Below, piece after piece: positions 1 to 10,298 of a stretch of DNA of 64,000 nucleotides (position 1 is the stretch's first letter; each line of letters starts with the position of its first letter). The stretch is from Patescibacteria group bacterium (GTDB lineage: Bacteria > Patescibacteriota > Microgenomatia > UBA10105 > UBA927). The notes beneath the pieces were generated by a model. That model had not been told where the DNA came from, made no database searches, and worked only from the letters and a program-made list of their open reading frames with translations. Both the position numbers and the translations under genes were made by a program. The DNA lies in NCBI GenBank assembly GCA_049322955.1, contig JBMOPU010000012.1, forward strand, positions 147,581 to 211,580, written 5' to 3'.

Positions 1-759
1 GTGAACGGTGTTCCCCGTCGCGTCATAGACATGATCGGGCATATCCGTGCCGTGCTTTTCTGGCCGGAAGATTTAGAGATCGTGACGGATAGTCCGAGCA
101 TCCGAAGGCGCTATCTTGATACGGTACTGGTTCAGGTGGACCGGGAGTACCGGCGCAACCTGCTTTCCTATGAGCGGGGGATACGACAGAGGAATAAACT
201 GCTCGATCTGATCGCCGAGGGTAAAGCCAGCAGATCACAGTTGCTTTTTTGGGATCAATTGCTCATCAAAGCCGGTGGCTATATCACCGAAAAACGTGTC
301 GCCTTCATTGAATTTGTGAATACAACGGCGATTACCGGGCATACGTTTATGGTCTCTTATGATAAGAGCGTCATTTCCGAAGCGCGACTCGATCAGTATT
401 CCCAGGAAGAAGTGTATGCAAAGTCAACGTTAGTAGGCCCGCATCGCGATGACTTTGCCTTGTTCAGTCAATCACATGAAGAGGATGGGGCAAGCTTTCG
501 CGATGTCAGCAAATTCGGTTCCCGCGGACAACAACGTTTGGTTGTTTTATGGCTAAAGCTTGCAGAGCTCTCCTACATAGAACGGGAAACGGGAGATCGT
601 CCGGTCCTTCTTTTGGACGATATTTTTTCCGAATTGGACATTTCTCATCGGGAACTCATCGCATCGGTGGTACAAAAACAACAAACCATCATCACCAGTG
701 CCGACAAAGAATCCGTCCCCCGGGAGCTACAGAACATCGCCCGAATCATTTCGTTATAA
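1..759 (+). CDS. recF: DNA replication/repair protein RecF, C-terminal part (5' end outside window)
   Basis: Motifs 'P..RRRYLD', 'VGPHRDDF', signature 'GSRGQQR', Walker B 'VLLLDDIFSELD'. Confidence 0.93.
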   Translation: MNGVPRRVIDMIGHIRAVLFWPEDLEIVTDSPSIRRRYLDTVLVQVDREYRRNLLSYERGIRQRNKLLDLIAEGKASRSQLLFWDQLLIKAGGYITEKRVAFIEFVNTTAITGHTFMVSYDKSVISEARLDQYSQEEVYAKSTLVGPHRDDFALFSQSHEEDGASFRDVSKFGSRGQQRLVVLWLKLAELSYIERETGDRPVLLLDDIFSELDISHRELIASVVQKQQTIITSADKESVPRELQNIARIISL

Positions 760-766
760 TACGGCT

Positions 767-1633
767 ATGCAAAAGGTAGGGCAACAGCATTTGCGATCCT
801 TACAATTGCCCAAAAAAGGATCCCACAAAGGGCAAAACGGGCGATTGCTTATTATCGGCGGAAGCCGTCTCTTCCATGCGGCCAGTATTTGGGCGTTGGA
901 AGTCGCTTCACGAGTCGTCGATTTAGTGCACTACTCTTCAGTGCCCGAAAACAACAAACTGGTTCAGAAGATAAAAGCATCATTTCGGGACGGCATGGTG
1001 ATTGCCCGTGAAGACATCGATGCGTATATAGAAGAGGATGATAGCATCCTCATCGGTCCCGGGATGATGCGAGATGAGGAAACGGCAACCCTGACACACG
1101 GATTACTTACCCGTTATCCGCACAAGCAGTGGATTATAGATGCCGGGGCACTCCAAATGCTTTCCTTATCCGATATCCCGTATAACGCGATCGTCACGCC
1201 GCATCATCAGGAATTTGCCGGACTGTGGAAAAAAATGTGCGAAGAACACCCCGAGTATCAGGAAGCCGTAACCGATCAGGATAAGGTGCAAGCATTCGCA
1301 AAAACCTATCGTTGCATTGTCCTTTTGAAAGGCGAAACGGATATCGCGGTTTCTGGCGGAACCTGTGACGCGTCCGTTTGTCAGCCCGGTGAAATTTATG
1401 CGGTGAGCGGGGGGAACCCGGGGATGACCAAAGGCGGCACCGGAGATGTACTGGCGGGTCTTATTGCCGCGTTAAGTTGTACGAATGATCCGTTTCTTGC
1501 GGTGCTTGTCGGGAGTTATGTGAATAAAACTGCGGGAGATGATCTGTATCGACGGGTAGGTCCGTTTTTTAACGCCTCCGATCTCACGCGGCAAATTCCC
1601 CTCACATTGAAACGTATCCTTATCGGCAAATAG
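767..1633 (+). CDS. nnrD: ADP-dependent NAD(P)H-hydrate dehydratase (YjeF C-terminal domain)
   Basis: 'SHKGQNGRLLIIGGS', 'IGPG', 'IIDAGAL', 'TPH..EF', 'GNPGMTKGGTGDVLAG'; ATG 767 lies just after TATAAT. Confidence 0.9.
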   Translation: MQKVGQQHLRSLQLPKKGSHKGQNGRLLIIGGSRLFHAASIWALEVASRVVDLVHYSSVPENNKLVQKIKASFRDGMVIAREDIDAYIEEDDSILIGPGMMRDEETATLTHGLLTRYPHKQWIIDAGALQMLSLSDIPYNAIVTPHHQEFAGLWKKMCEEHPEYQEAVTDQDKVQAFAKTYRCIVLLKGETDIAVSGGTCDASVCQPGEIYAVSGGNPGMTKGGTGDVLAGLIAALSCTNDPFLAVLVGSYVNKTAGDDLYRRVGPFFNASDLTRQIPLTLKRILIGK

Positions 1634-1979
1634 TCCTCGGACTGTGCCAGCAATCCTTTCCATCAACCTCCGTATAGACCCAATGGTCGGGAGTTGCAGG
1701 AAATTTTTCTTTCTTTCCCCAGTACCATCCGCGAATGAATTCGTCACCGGAAAACCCCTGTGAAACTGGTACCGGTGTGGGGGTAATACGCCGTGTGATA
1801 TTCGTCGGCGGTTGTTGTTTCTGTGGCGTGCGATAGGAGAAATACACGCTGATAAATACGGGAATACAGATAACCAGGAATAGGACCAGAAGGAGCCAGG
1901 GGGGGACGCGGTCATCCGAGTCGTTTTTGCGGGGGACAGAGAGGTGGGAAGTCTGATCAATCGGTGTATCGCCAATCAT
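1620..1979 (-). CDS. Hypothetical single-pass membrane protein with Pro/Thr linker and small Trp-rich C-terminal domain
   Basis: GGAG RBS upstream; TM segment PWLLLVLFLVICIPVFISVYF; 'RGWYWG...PATPDHW'. Confidence 0.65.
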   Translation of the reverse strand: MIGDTPIDQTSHLSVPRKNDSDDRVPPWLLLVLFLVICIPVFISVYFSYRTPQKQQPPTNITRRITPTPVPVSQGFSGDEFIRGWYWGKKEKFPATPDHWVYTEVDGKDCWHSPRTICR

Positions 1980-2089
1980 ACTCCTTCATAGTAACGTACC
2001 GCTAAAAAGGAGTAAAGTACAGGGTGTATTCTGCTTGTGTTTTACAGAGGGTGCGGGTATTATACAGGAATAGTGCGGGAATAAATTCT

Positions 2090-3133
2090 ATGTATCAGCC
2101 TCAATTTTCGATAACCAACAAGATCTTAAAGTACATCGGCATTATTGAAGCGGCCAAAGAGGTCATCGAAAACAGTCCCCTTGTTCCCGCATGGGAAGCA
2201 AAATTCCGTGAGGAAGCGTTGGTGAGGACCGTACATCACGGTACCCATATCGAAGGGAATGATCTCTCGAGAACTGAGGCGGAAAAGGTGCTTGCCGGGC
2301 ATACCATCGTCGGGAGAGAACGGGATATTCAGGAAGTCTTAAATTATCGAAATGTGCTTCGGTTTATCGGTGACTTTCAGGGAAAGCAGATTACCGAGGA
2401 GGTGATAAAACATCTTCATTCGCTCGTTGCGCACCGCATTCTTCCCGAAGAACAGGTGGGGGAGTATCGCAAAACGCAGGTGGTCGTGAAGAATGCCCAA
2501 ACCGGTGAAATTACGTTCCGTCCCCCTCCTTCTGTCGAGGTCCCTTTTTTGCTGTCTGACTTTGTCGCATGGTTAAATGCGTTGGGAGATCAGGAGCTCC
2601 ATCCCGCACTCAAGGCGGCGATTGTGCATTATGAGTTGGTACGCATTCATCCTTTTTTGGACGGCAACGGGCGAGTTGCCAGAGCCGTGGCAACCCTGGT
2701 ACTTTTTTGTGAAGGATACGACATAAAACGATTCTTCTCTTTGGAAGAGTATTACGATCGGGACCCAATGCACTATTATGAGGCGCTTCAAAGTGTGGGG
2801 AAAAGCGAGGGAAACCTGAGTGCCTGGATTGAGTATTTTAGCGAGGGTCTCGCCATTGAACTCACGCGCATTAAGGAGAAAGTAAAATCGCTCTCAACGG
2901 ACTTGAAGATTAAGAAATCTCTGGGCGGACAACAGCTGGCGTTGACTGAACGGCAAATCAAAATTATCGAATTTATGCAGGAACAGGGGTTCTTGCAAAA
3001 TAAAGCTTTTTTTGAGCTTTTTCCTCAAGTGTCCGAAGATACCGTGCTTCGCGAATTGAAGGACTTGCTAAAAAAGGGTATAGTCAAAAAAGAGGGGTCA
3101 ACAAAAGGGGCGAAATACGTGCTTCGCACCTAG
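2090..3133 (+). CDS. Fic family protein (class II) with C-terminal winged HTH
   Basis: Canonical Fic motif HPFLDGNGRVAR; N-terminal autoinhibitory motif THIEGN; C-terminal 'SEDTVLRELKDL..KG..KKEGSTKGAKY'. Confidence 0.92.
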   Translation: MYQPQFSITNKILKYIGIIEAAKEVIENSPLVPAWEAKFREEALVRTVHHGTHIEGNDLSRTEAEKVLAGHTIVGRERDIQEVLNYRNVLRFIGDFQGKQITEEVIKHLHSLVAHRILPEEQVGEYRKTQVVVKNAQTGEITFRPPPSVEVPFLLSDFVAWLNALGDQELHPALKAAIVHYELVRIHPFLDGNGRVARAVATLVLFCEGYDIKRFFSLEEYYDRDPMHYYEALQSVGKSEGNLSAWIEYFSEGLAIELTRIKEKVKSLSTDLKIKKSLGGQQLALTERQIKIIEFMQEQGFLQNKAFFELFPQVSEDTVLRELKDLLKKGIVKKEGSTKGAKYVLRT

Positions 3134-3151
3134 CCCGTGTTCGGCTTGTCT

Positions 3152-3337
3152 ATGGATTTTTCAACGTCAGCAATCATCTATGCACTGCTTATTATTCCCA
3201 CATTTTTTGCGCTTACCGTGTGTGCGCAAGGGATAACGAAATTGGTAAAAGGTGAGACGGACGGTCCTGTTGCGATCGGCTTCGGTATCTTTCTTCTCGT
3301 GCTTATCGCCGCCGCGTATTTTTTGTTTATTCGGTAG
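3152..3337 (+). CDS. Small two-TM hypothetical membrane protein
   Basis: Two hydrophobic helices; fills the gap between Fic and ligase genes. Confidence 0.65.
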   Translation: MDFSTSAIIYALLIIPTFFALTVCAQGITKLVKGETDGPVAIGFGIFLLVLIAAAYFLFIR

Positions 3338-3346
3338 GCATAACCT

Positions 3347-5062
3347 ATGCAGTTTTCTTCCTTAGCAGATTTCCTTTCCCGACTTGAAACCACTGCGTCA
3401 CGCAATACGATAACGGAGATATTAAGCGACCTATTTTCGGATGCCCACGCCGATGAGATTGCAAAACTCTGTTATCTCCTGCAGGGACGGGTATGTCCGT
3501 TGTATGAGGATGTTGAATTCGGCATGGCGGAAAAATTTATCATCCGTGCGATTGCCCAGGCATATGATGCACCGCAGGAAGAAGTCATCACTCAGTTCAA
3601 AAAACTCGGTGATATCGGCAAGGTCGCGGAATCACTCTATCGGGGCAAGCCGAAGCAGATGAGTGTTACCGCGGTGTTTGAAGCCCTGTATGCGATTGCA
3701 ACGGAAGGGGGAGCGGGATCCCAGGAAAAAAAGATCGGTCTTCTTGCGGAACTCCTCAGGAGCGTCGATGCACTTTCCGCCCGCTATATCGTACGTATTC
3801 CCTTGGACAAACTGCGGTTGGGTTTTTCTGAAATGACGATTCTGGACAGCTTATCGTGGATGCTTGCAAAGGATAAATCGCTCCGACGTGAACTTGAATG
3901 GGTATATAACGTGCGACCGGATATCGGATATATTGCCGAAACAGTCAAACGTGACGGAATCCATGGACTGTCGCACATCCGTGCCCGTGTGGGATCTCCG
4001 GTACTTGCGGAATTATCACAGCGGTTACCGACGGCGGACGACATGATTAAAAAGATGGGTGAGGTTGCCGTTGAGCCGAAATACGATGGCGTGCGCGTCG
4101 AACTGCATTTTAAGCGGGGCAAATGGGTACGGACATTTTCTAGAAACCTGGAAAACACCACGGCGATGTTTCCCGAACTTGCCGCGGTCGGTAACGAGCT
4201 TGATGCGGATGAGGTTATCCTCGACGGCGAGGCGGTCGGTATTGACCCCAAAACAGGAAAAACCGTCTCGTTTCAGGAAACAACAACGCGAAAAAGAAAA
4301 CATGGCATAGCACTTGCCGCAGAGAACATGCCGGTAACGTTTTTTGTCTTTGACATCCTCTATAAGGACGGTAAAGATTTGCTTGACGTGCCGCTTTCCG
4401 AACGAAGAAAAATACTGGAAAAAACGATACTCCCCAAAAAACTTCTTGCGGTAACTCCGCAGATAGTCACCCGAAGCGCTGACACGCTCCGTGCGTATCA
4501 TGATACACAGCTTCGTCTCGGCTTAGAGGGAGCGATGGTAAAGAAGTGGGACAGCCCGTATGAGCCGGGGAGGAGGGGTTTTTCCTGGGTAAAATTTAAG
4601 GAAGAAGAGGGGAAGGCCGGTAAGCTTACCGATACTATTGACGGAGTGGTTATGGGCTATTATCTGGGCGAGGGGAAGCGAACGGCATTCGGCATCGGTG
4701 CATTCCTGGTCGGGGTCAAAAAGGGTGAACAATTCGTGACGGTTACCAAGGTGGGTACCGGAGTAAGCGATGCGCTATGGAAAGAGCTGAAAGAGCAACT
4801 TCATGCCATAAAGGAAATAACGATGCCCGGCGCTTATCACGACGTGCACAAGACGCTTATTCCCGACGTTTGGGTAAGCCCGTGCGTGGTGGTTGAGCTT
4901 GCGGGTGACGATCTTACCAAGTCGCCGACGCACGGAGCGGGGTATGCGGTGCGATTCCCTCGTCTGGTAAAAATCCGTACGGATAAAGGCAGTGGGCAGG
5001 TTACCACGGTAGAGGAAGTGAAGCAGATGTTTGCCAACCAAAAAACAAAAACAAAGAAATAA
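3347..5062 (+). CDS. lig: ATP-dependent DNA ligase (archaeal-type, with N-terminal DNA-binding domain)
   Basis: Motif I EPKYDG, 'LDGE', 'FDIL', 'EGAMVK', 'WVKFK', motif VI 'VRFPR...IRTDK'. Confidence 0.95.
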   Translation: MQFSSLADFLSRLETTASRNTITEILSDLFSDAHADEIAKLCYLLQGRVCPLYEDVEFGMAEKFIIRAIAQAYDAPQEEVITQFKKLGDIGKVAESLYRGKPKQMSVTAVFEALYAIATEGGAGSQEKKIGLLAELLRSVDALSARYIVRIPLDKLRLGFSEMTILDSLSWMLAKDKSLRRELEWVYNVRPDIGYIAETVKRDGIHGLSHIRARVGSPVLAELSQRLPTADDMIKKMGEVAVEPKYDGVRVELHFKRGKWVRTFSRNLENTTAMFPELAAVGNELDADEVILDGEAVGIDPKTGKTVSFQETTTRKRKHGIALAAENMPVTFFVFDILYKDGKDLLDVPLSERRKILEKTILPKKLLAVTPQIVTRSADTLRAYHDTQLRLGLEGAMVKKWDSPYEPGRRGFSWVKFKEEEGKAGKLTDTIDGVVMGYYLGEGKRTAFGIGAFLVGVKKGEQFVTVTKVGTGVSDALWKELKEQLHAIKEITMPGAYHDVHKTLIPDVWVSPCVVVELAGDDLTKSPTHGAGYAVRFPRLVKIRTDKGSGQVTTVEEVKQMFANQKTKTKK

Positions 5063-5130
5063 CGCCATCTCCCCCCGCAAGTTTGCTCCAAAGCCCCAAT
5101 CCTCGTATAATACGAACGCGACATACACGT

Positions 5131-5952
5131 ATGAAGCGGGCCTTATTTTCCATCATAATCCCGACACTAAACGAGGAAAAATTTCTTCCGCGGTTACTTG
5201 ACTCACTGGTTGCCCAATCCGACAAAAATTTTGAAGTTATTATCGTTGACGGATCCTCGCGTGACAAAACGGTGTCCGTTGCCAAAAAATATACGGCAAA
5301 ACTTCCGAGTCTCAAGATTATCCAAGTGAAAAAACCGAGCTTACCGCTCCAACGGAATCTCGGGGCAAAAGCGGCGAAAGGGGATTGGTTCGTGTTTGTT
5401 GATGCCGACAGCATCTTTCTCCCGTACTTTACCCAGCGTATTGCCGTTTTTATCGAACAAACCAAATCGCGTCTTTTTACCACCTGGTTCCGTTCAGACA
5501 CCGATGATCCGAAGGATGGCGTATATACGTTGCTTGGGAACGCCTATCTCGAAGCAACACTGATTTTCAAGAAACCACTCACGCCGGGTCCGTTGACGAT
5601 TGTAACCCGGGAAGCCTTTGACGAAGTCGGCGGTTATGACGAATCGCATGCCTATAATGAGGATGTCGACTTCGGATTACGGCTGTATAGGGCAGGTATT
5701 CATTTGGACATGCTACGGGAAACGCTGTGTGTTCTCTCGTTACGCCGATTTCGAAAAGAAGGGACACTCAAAGTGCTTAATCAGTATATAGTCAGCCTCT
5801 TTCCCATTCTGTTATTTAATCGATCCATGAAACATATGCCCGGATACATTATGGGAGGGCACCTCTACGGCAAGAAAAAAAAGCTTCGGCGGCCGGTACT
5901 GAAAGGGTATGAAAAAAAATTAAAAGAATTCCTCAAGGAATTATTTGCCTAA
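5131..5952 (+). CDS. Glycosyltransferase family 2
   Basis: 'FSIIIPTLNEE', 'IIVDGSSRD', 'FVDAD', 'GGYDE...EDVD'. Confidence 0.92.
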   Translation: MKRALFSIIIPTLNEEKFLPRLLDSLVAQSDKNFEVIIVDGSSRDKTVSVAKKYTAKLPSLKIIQVKKPSLPLQRNLGAKAAKGDWFVFVDADSIFLPYFTQRIAVFIEQTKSRLFTTWFRSDTDDPKDGVYTLLGNAYLEATLIFKKPLTPGPLTIVTREAFDEVGGYDESHAYNEDVDFGLRLYRAGIHLDMLRETLCVLSLRRFRKEGTLKVLNQYIVSLFPILLFNRSMKHMPGYIMGGHLYGKKKKLRRPVLKGYEKKLKEFLKELFA

Positions 5953-5979
5953 ACGGGTGAATTTGTATAGGCTTAAACC

Positions 5980-7137
5980 ATGCGGATTCTTCTTGTTTCG
6001 GATGTCTATTTACCGACGGTCAGCGGTGTTGCGACGTCAACGGACTCCATAGCGCGATATATGGCCAAACAAGGCCATACGGTTACCCTCGTTTGTCCCA
6101 AGCCGCTTGATGCCTATATTGCTCTGAAGACGGCAGGATTGACGATCCTCTATACTCCCGGTGTCGTTGACACGCTGGTGGTCAATAAATCAATGACCGT
6201 CTTTCCCTTAGGTTTTGGTGTTTTGTGGCAGGCATTTCGTACTCAGAACTTTGATATCGTGCATATTCAGGAACCGGGATCGCTTGGGGTAACCGCGTTA
6301 TTTCTTGCAAAATGGTTCGGCGTTCCCACCGTCGGGGCACAGCATTTTTCTTGGTCGCAGATTCAAAAATTGGCGCCTGCCGCCATACGTTTTATCAGTG
6401 TGCCGTTTATGAAGTTTTACGTGCGAATATTGTATTCGTTATATGACGTCATTATGGTGCCGACGCGTACGGCAAAAACAGAGCTTGAAGCGATTATGGG
6501 CGGAAAACGGTCAATATATCCGGTGTCAAACGGCGTGGATACGACCGTATATACGCCGGGAGAAGGGAATAAGGCTCCTTTGCGAGCGAAATATCGGCTT
6601 CCGAAAGCATTGCCGATATTTCTCTATATCGGACGATTAGACAGGGATAAAAATATTGAAACCATTCTTCGTGCCGCGGCAAAAGCAACCGTGCCGCACC
6701 ACCTTGTTATTGCGGGAGTAGGTAAGGAACGGGAAACCTTGATGCTCCTTGCTGAAACGTTGAAACTTTCCAATATCACCTGGATTGGTGAGGTGCAAAA
6801 ACCCATGATTATTGATCTCTATCGGCTTGCAGACGTCTTTGTCATCATGTCTCCGGTCGAAACCCAAAGCATTGTCGCGCTCCAGGCAATTTCATGCGGC
6901 TTGCCGCTGATAGCGGCAAATGCGGGAGCGTTGCCCGAGCTCGTTAACGGCAAAAACGGACAGCTGGTGGATACGTATGATGTCGTGACGCTCGCCACGG
7001 TAATGGATGAGTATGCAACCGACCAAGCAAAGCGCGATGCCATGGGGAAAGCAAGTCGAGCGTTGAGCATAACACACCACAAACCTACCGTTCTTGCGAA
7101 GCTCGAAGCGTTGTATAAGAAAGTGGGGAAGACATAA
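5980..7137 (+). CDS. Glycosyltransferase family 4 (GT-B)
   Basis: 'SDVYLPTVSGVA', 'SNGVD', 'YIGRLDRDKNI', 'ETQSIVALQAISCGLP'. Confidence 0.92.
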   Translation: MRILLVSDVYLPTVSGVATSTDSIARYMAKQGHTVTLVCPKPLDAYIALKTAGLTILYTPGVVDTLVVNKSMTVFPLGFGVLWQAFRTQNFDIVHIQEPGSLGVTALFLAKWFGVPTVGAQHFSWSQIQKLAPAAIRFISVPFMKFYVRILYSLYDVIMVPTRTAKTELEAIMGGKRSIYPVSNGVDTTVYTPGEGNKAPLRAKYRLPKALPIFLYIGRLDRDKNIETILRAAAKATVPHHLVIAGVGKERETLMLLAETLKLSNITWIGEVQKPMIIDLYRLADVFVIMSPVETQSIVALQAISCGLPLIAANAGALPELVNGKNGQLVDTYDVVTLATVMDEYATDQAKRDAMGKASRALSITHHKPTVLAKLEALYKKVGKT

Positions 7138-7332
7138 TCTCCTTTTGACAACCAGTTGTATTAGCGGCATCCTTTTTCGATTTGCTGAACGCATACGTAT
7201 GGCATATCCCTTCCACTGCCCGTTGATTGGTGTCATCAACAATTGACGATGTGAAAAAAAACATGGTATGGTGGAAAAGACCTGCGTGACCTCTGATGGC
7301 ATACATCGCGGGGAGGAAGGAGGTGATACGAA

Positions 7333-7662
7333 ATGGCAGATAAAGGAAATGAGAATCTCATGGGAGCGGTAAGTTACCTCTTAGGATTCGTTACCGGTAT
7401 TATCATGTTGCTTTTGGAAAAGCAGAGTAAATTCGTGCGCTTTCACGCAATGCAATCCACGATTCTTTTCGGTGGAGTGTTTGTGGCAAACATCGCGCTC
7501 GGATTTCTTCCGATAATCGGATGGCTCCTTGGGTTGCTGTTAAGCTTTACGTCGTTTATCTTGTGGATCGTGTGTATGTGGAAAGCGTTCCAGGGAGAAA
7601 CGTACAAGGTTCCTTATGTTGGAGAACTTGCTGAAAAGCAACTTTCCAAGATGGGGAAGTAA
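7333..7662 (+). CDS. DUF4870-like membrane protein
   Basis: 'GAVSYLLGFVTG...FVRFHAMQS...YKVPYVG'; strong RBS AGGAGGTG. Confidence 0.85.
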   Translation: MADKGNENLMGAVSYLLGFVTGIIMLLLEKQSKFVRFHAMQSTILFGGVFVANIALGFLPIIGWLLGLLLSFTSFILWIVCMWKAFQGETYKVPYVGELAEKQLSKMGK

Positions 7663-7724
7663 GTGCTGTGTTGATCAACACATGATCGGCACCTTGGCGG
7701 TAATTTCAGTCGGGTGCTGGTCAC

Positions 7725-8351
7725 GTGTTACTCAAAAACAGACGGGATGCCGGTGTTCTTCTTGCCGAACATATCAGGCCGCATATCCGCGCGCCGTTTC
7801 TCCTGTTGGGGCTTGCTCGAGGCGGCGTTGCCGTAGCGGCAGGTGTTGCCGGTGAGCTCGCCTCCCCGTTTGATGTACTGGTAGTGAAAAAACTCGGTAG
7901 TCCGCACAATCCTGAATTTGCCATCGGTGCCTTGGCTCCGGATAAAGTCAGTGTTATCCACCGGAGAGATGCGGAGAAATCGGGGATGGATTCGGTGCAT
8001 CTTGAACGGGAAATTGAATTACTTTCCGATGATATTAAAAAGGGAATGCAACGATATCGCAAAGGAAAAAAACCGTTGGCTATTTCGGGCAAAACAGTCG
8101 TACTTATTGATGACGGAGTGGCAACAGGGGCATCGATGGAAGCGGCGGTTGTCTGGGCGAGAAAGAAGCACGCCGCAACCATCATTGTCGCCGTTCCCGT
8201 GGTCTCTGCTACTGCGGCCGCGACCCTTCGGGGAAAAGCGGATGTGTTTTTGTCGTTGTCGATCGAACACACTTTCGGTGCGGTGGGCGAATATTATGAA
8301 GCATTTCCTCAGGTTACTGATGAAGAGGTGATACAATTACTGCGGGGGTAA
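7725..8351 (+). CDS. Phosphoribosyltransferase family protein
   Basis: 'RRDAG..LA', 'LARGGV', 'KKLGSPHNPEFAIGA', PRPP loop 'VLIDDGVATGAS', 'AVGEYYEAFPQVTDEEV'. Confidence 0.88.
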   Translation: MLLKNRRDAGVLLAEHIRPHIRAPFLLLGLARGGVAVAAGVAGELASPFDVLVVKKLGSPHNPEFAIGALAPDKVSVIHRRDAEKSGMDSVHLEREIELLSDDIKKGMQRYRKGKKPLAISGKTVVLIDDGVATGASMEAAVVWARKKHAATIIVAVPVVSATAAATLRGKADVFLSLSIEHTFGAVGEYYEAFPQVTDEEVIQLLRG

Positions 8352-8356
8352 AAATT

Positions 8357-8947
8357 ATGAAACTTATCGTTGGACTCGGTAATCCGGGAGACAAATATAA
8401 AGATACCCGTCATAATGTGGGCTTTATGGTTGTGGAAAAACTTGCCCACGAATTGGGTGGGGCGGATATTCTCTGGGAACCCTCCAAAAAACACTCCGCA
8501 CTGATTGCAAAGACGGGTGAGATCGTATTGGTAAAACCCGAAACATTTATGAACGCCAGCGGAGTAGCAGTAAAGAAAATCATGTCGTTTTATCGGATTC
8601 AGCCGGAAGACGTGTGGGTTATTCATGACGATCTTGATCTGCCACTCGGGAAAATCCGGATACGCATAGGAGGTGCGTCAGCGGGTCATCACGGTATCGA
8701 CTCCGTGATTCGGGAGATAGGGAGCGATAAGTTCGTACGCATTCGTCTGGGGATCGGGAGGGGAAAAAGCGGGAGCGGTATCGTTGCCGACAGACAACTA
8801 CACCAGTCTTCAGTGATTGATTTTGTCCTTTCGAAATTCGGTCGCAGTGAGGCCGGTGAGTTTAAACACCTGGTGAAACATGGCGTTGAGGCAGTTCGTG
8901 TGGGATTATTTAAAGGCATCGACAAGGCGATGAACAGGTTTAACTAG
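8357..8947 (+). CDS. pth: Peptidyl-tRNA hydrolase
   Basis: 'LIVGLGNPG..Y..TRHNVGF', 'KPETFMNASG', 'HDDLDL', 'GHHG'. Confidence 0.96.
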   Translation: MKLIVGLGNPGDKYKDTRHNVGFMVVEKLAHELGGADILWEPSKKHSALIAKTGEIVLVKPETFMNASGVAVKKIMSFYRIQPEDVWVIHDDLDLPLGKIRIRIGGASAGHHGIDSVIREIGSDKFVRIRLGIGRGKSGSGIVADRQLHQSSVIDFVLSKFGRSEAGEFKHLVKHGVEAVRVGLFKGIDKAMNRFN

Positions 8948-9031
8948 AAGAAGTTGCCATCCTGAGTGTCGTTCATCTGTTCTTTGTTCTGATGTCTGCC
9001 GGATGAAGGCCGGCACACTATAAAAAACACC

Positions 9032-9295
9032 ATGCAAAAAATTGGGAGCATTCTCACCAAGTTTAATCCGTTGGAGGATAAATATATCTCGAGAGAGTTC
9101 CAGGCATACGGAATTTATCTTGCGGAAACATTGGGGGACTATAAACACAAATCTCTCTACATTCGGCTTGCCAAAACGGTTCCCCGGGCGATTCTTGAAA
9201 AAGCGTTAACATTTGTCAAAGATGCCCAAGCCACCAGTAAGGCTCGGTTGTTTATGTGGAAAATGAAGGAGCTACGAAAAGAAGGGACGGTATAA
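9032..9295 (+). CDS. Hypothetical basic helical protein
   Basis: 87-aa ORF with protein-like composition, abutting the next gene. Confidence 0.7.
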   Translation: MQKIGSILTKFNPLEDKYISREFQAYGIYLAETLGDYKHKSLYIRLAKTVPRAILEKALTFVKDAQATSKARLFMWKMKELRKEGTV

Positions 9296-9296
9296 T

Positions 9297-9758
9297 ATGG
9301 AAAATATCAAAATAATGATCCGTCAGAAACCGCGGATATTCATCTATATTACCGCGGGCTATCTGTTGCTCGCCGGTCTGCTTCGTTGGGCCACGGCGCC
9401 TTCTCTCGATGCATTATGGTTTTTCGTAGGTGGTGCTATTGGGTTGTTTTTTTTGGATGCGGCGGAGGTGTTTTTTGCCCTGTCACCATCACCGTTTCGG
9501 TCTATCGTGTTCGGTGCGTTGTTTGCCGTGGTCGCGTTTTTTGTGGTGACGAGTTCAACGGGAACGATTGGGAGCGGCTTGGTACTTTCGGTATTTTTGC
9601 AGATGTTGTTATGGCAAATAGGCGAGTATCGCGTACACGGCAATATCAACAGCTGGTTTCGGATGGTGGCGGATCCCGTGCCGCCACCAACACAACGGAT
9701 GATACTTATCATCGCGGCAATCATATTTATTATTGAAAGCTATCTGTTTGTTCGTTAA
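9297..9758 (+). CDS. Hypothetical multi-pass membrane protein
   Basis: About 5 hydrophobic segments; 1-2 nt gaps to neighbouring genes. Confidence 0.75.
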   Translation: MENIKIMIRQKPRIFIYITAGYLLLAGLLRWATAPSLDALWFFVGGAIGLFFLDAAEVFFALSPSPFRSIVFGALFAVVAFFVVTSSTGTIGSGLVLSVFLQMLLWQIGEYRVHGNINSWFRMVADPVPPPTQRMILIIAAIIFIIESYLFVR

Positions 9759-9760
9759 GT

Positions 9761-10249
9761 ATGATGACTACCTATCCGTTGCTTTGGCGCTATCTTAGCG
9801 AGACGCAAAAAAAACTTGCCCTTGATGGGCAACTGCTCATTGAGGATCGTGACCGACACCCGAATGAGCATCTCAGTGATTATTCATATCTTGTTTTTCC
9901 GTTTGCCAAATTGTACGAAGGATTTTTAAAGCAGTTATTGTTGGACCTTCGCATTATTTCTGAGCGTGAATATCAAAGCACCCATTTTCGCGTGGGTAAA
10001 GTATTAAGCCCCAATATCATGCGAAGGTTAGGGAACAGAAGCGCGTATGCGCATCTGTCCAAGCGCTATGGTGACGAGTTCGCCACTTCGGTGTGGGCAA
10101 CATGGAAGCAGGGGAGAAACCTGGTATTTCACTATTTTCCGCATAATGTCAGCCGGCTCAGCTTCGTCCAGGCGAAAGAAGTGGTACAGCGAATTCTTAG
10201 TACTATGGAGCGTGCGGTTACGGTGACGACACCCGGTTCGATGCAATGA
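9761..10249 (+). CDS. Putative HEPN RNase, similar to the RnlA/LsoA C-terminal domain
   Basis: 'DYSYLVFPFAKLYEGFLK' helix and R-x4-H motif 'RNLVFH' (10115-10132). Confidence 0.6.
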   Translation: MMTTYPLLWRYLSETQKKLALDGQLLIEDRDRHPNEHLSDYSYLVFPFAKLYEGFLKQLLLDLRIISEREYQSTHFRVGKVLSPNIMRRLGNRSAYAHLSKRYGDEFATSVWATWKQGRNLVFHYFPHNVSRLSFVQAKEVVQRILSTMERAVTVTTPGSMQ

Positions 10250-10298
10250 AAGCACCGCTTGCGAAAGATGGGGCGCGCGGAGTATCGTAGGATTAGTG

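Noticed and set aside
7138-7332. Possible small minus-strand gene or pseudogene between GT4 and DUF4870
   Set aside because: The candidate ORFs run into the GT4 gene and show no recognisable motif
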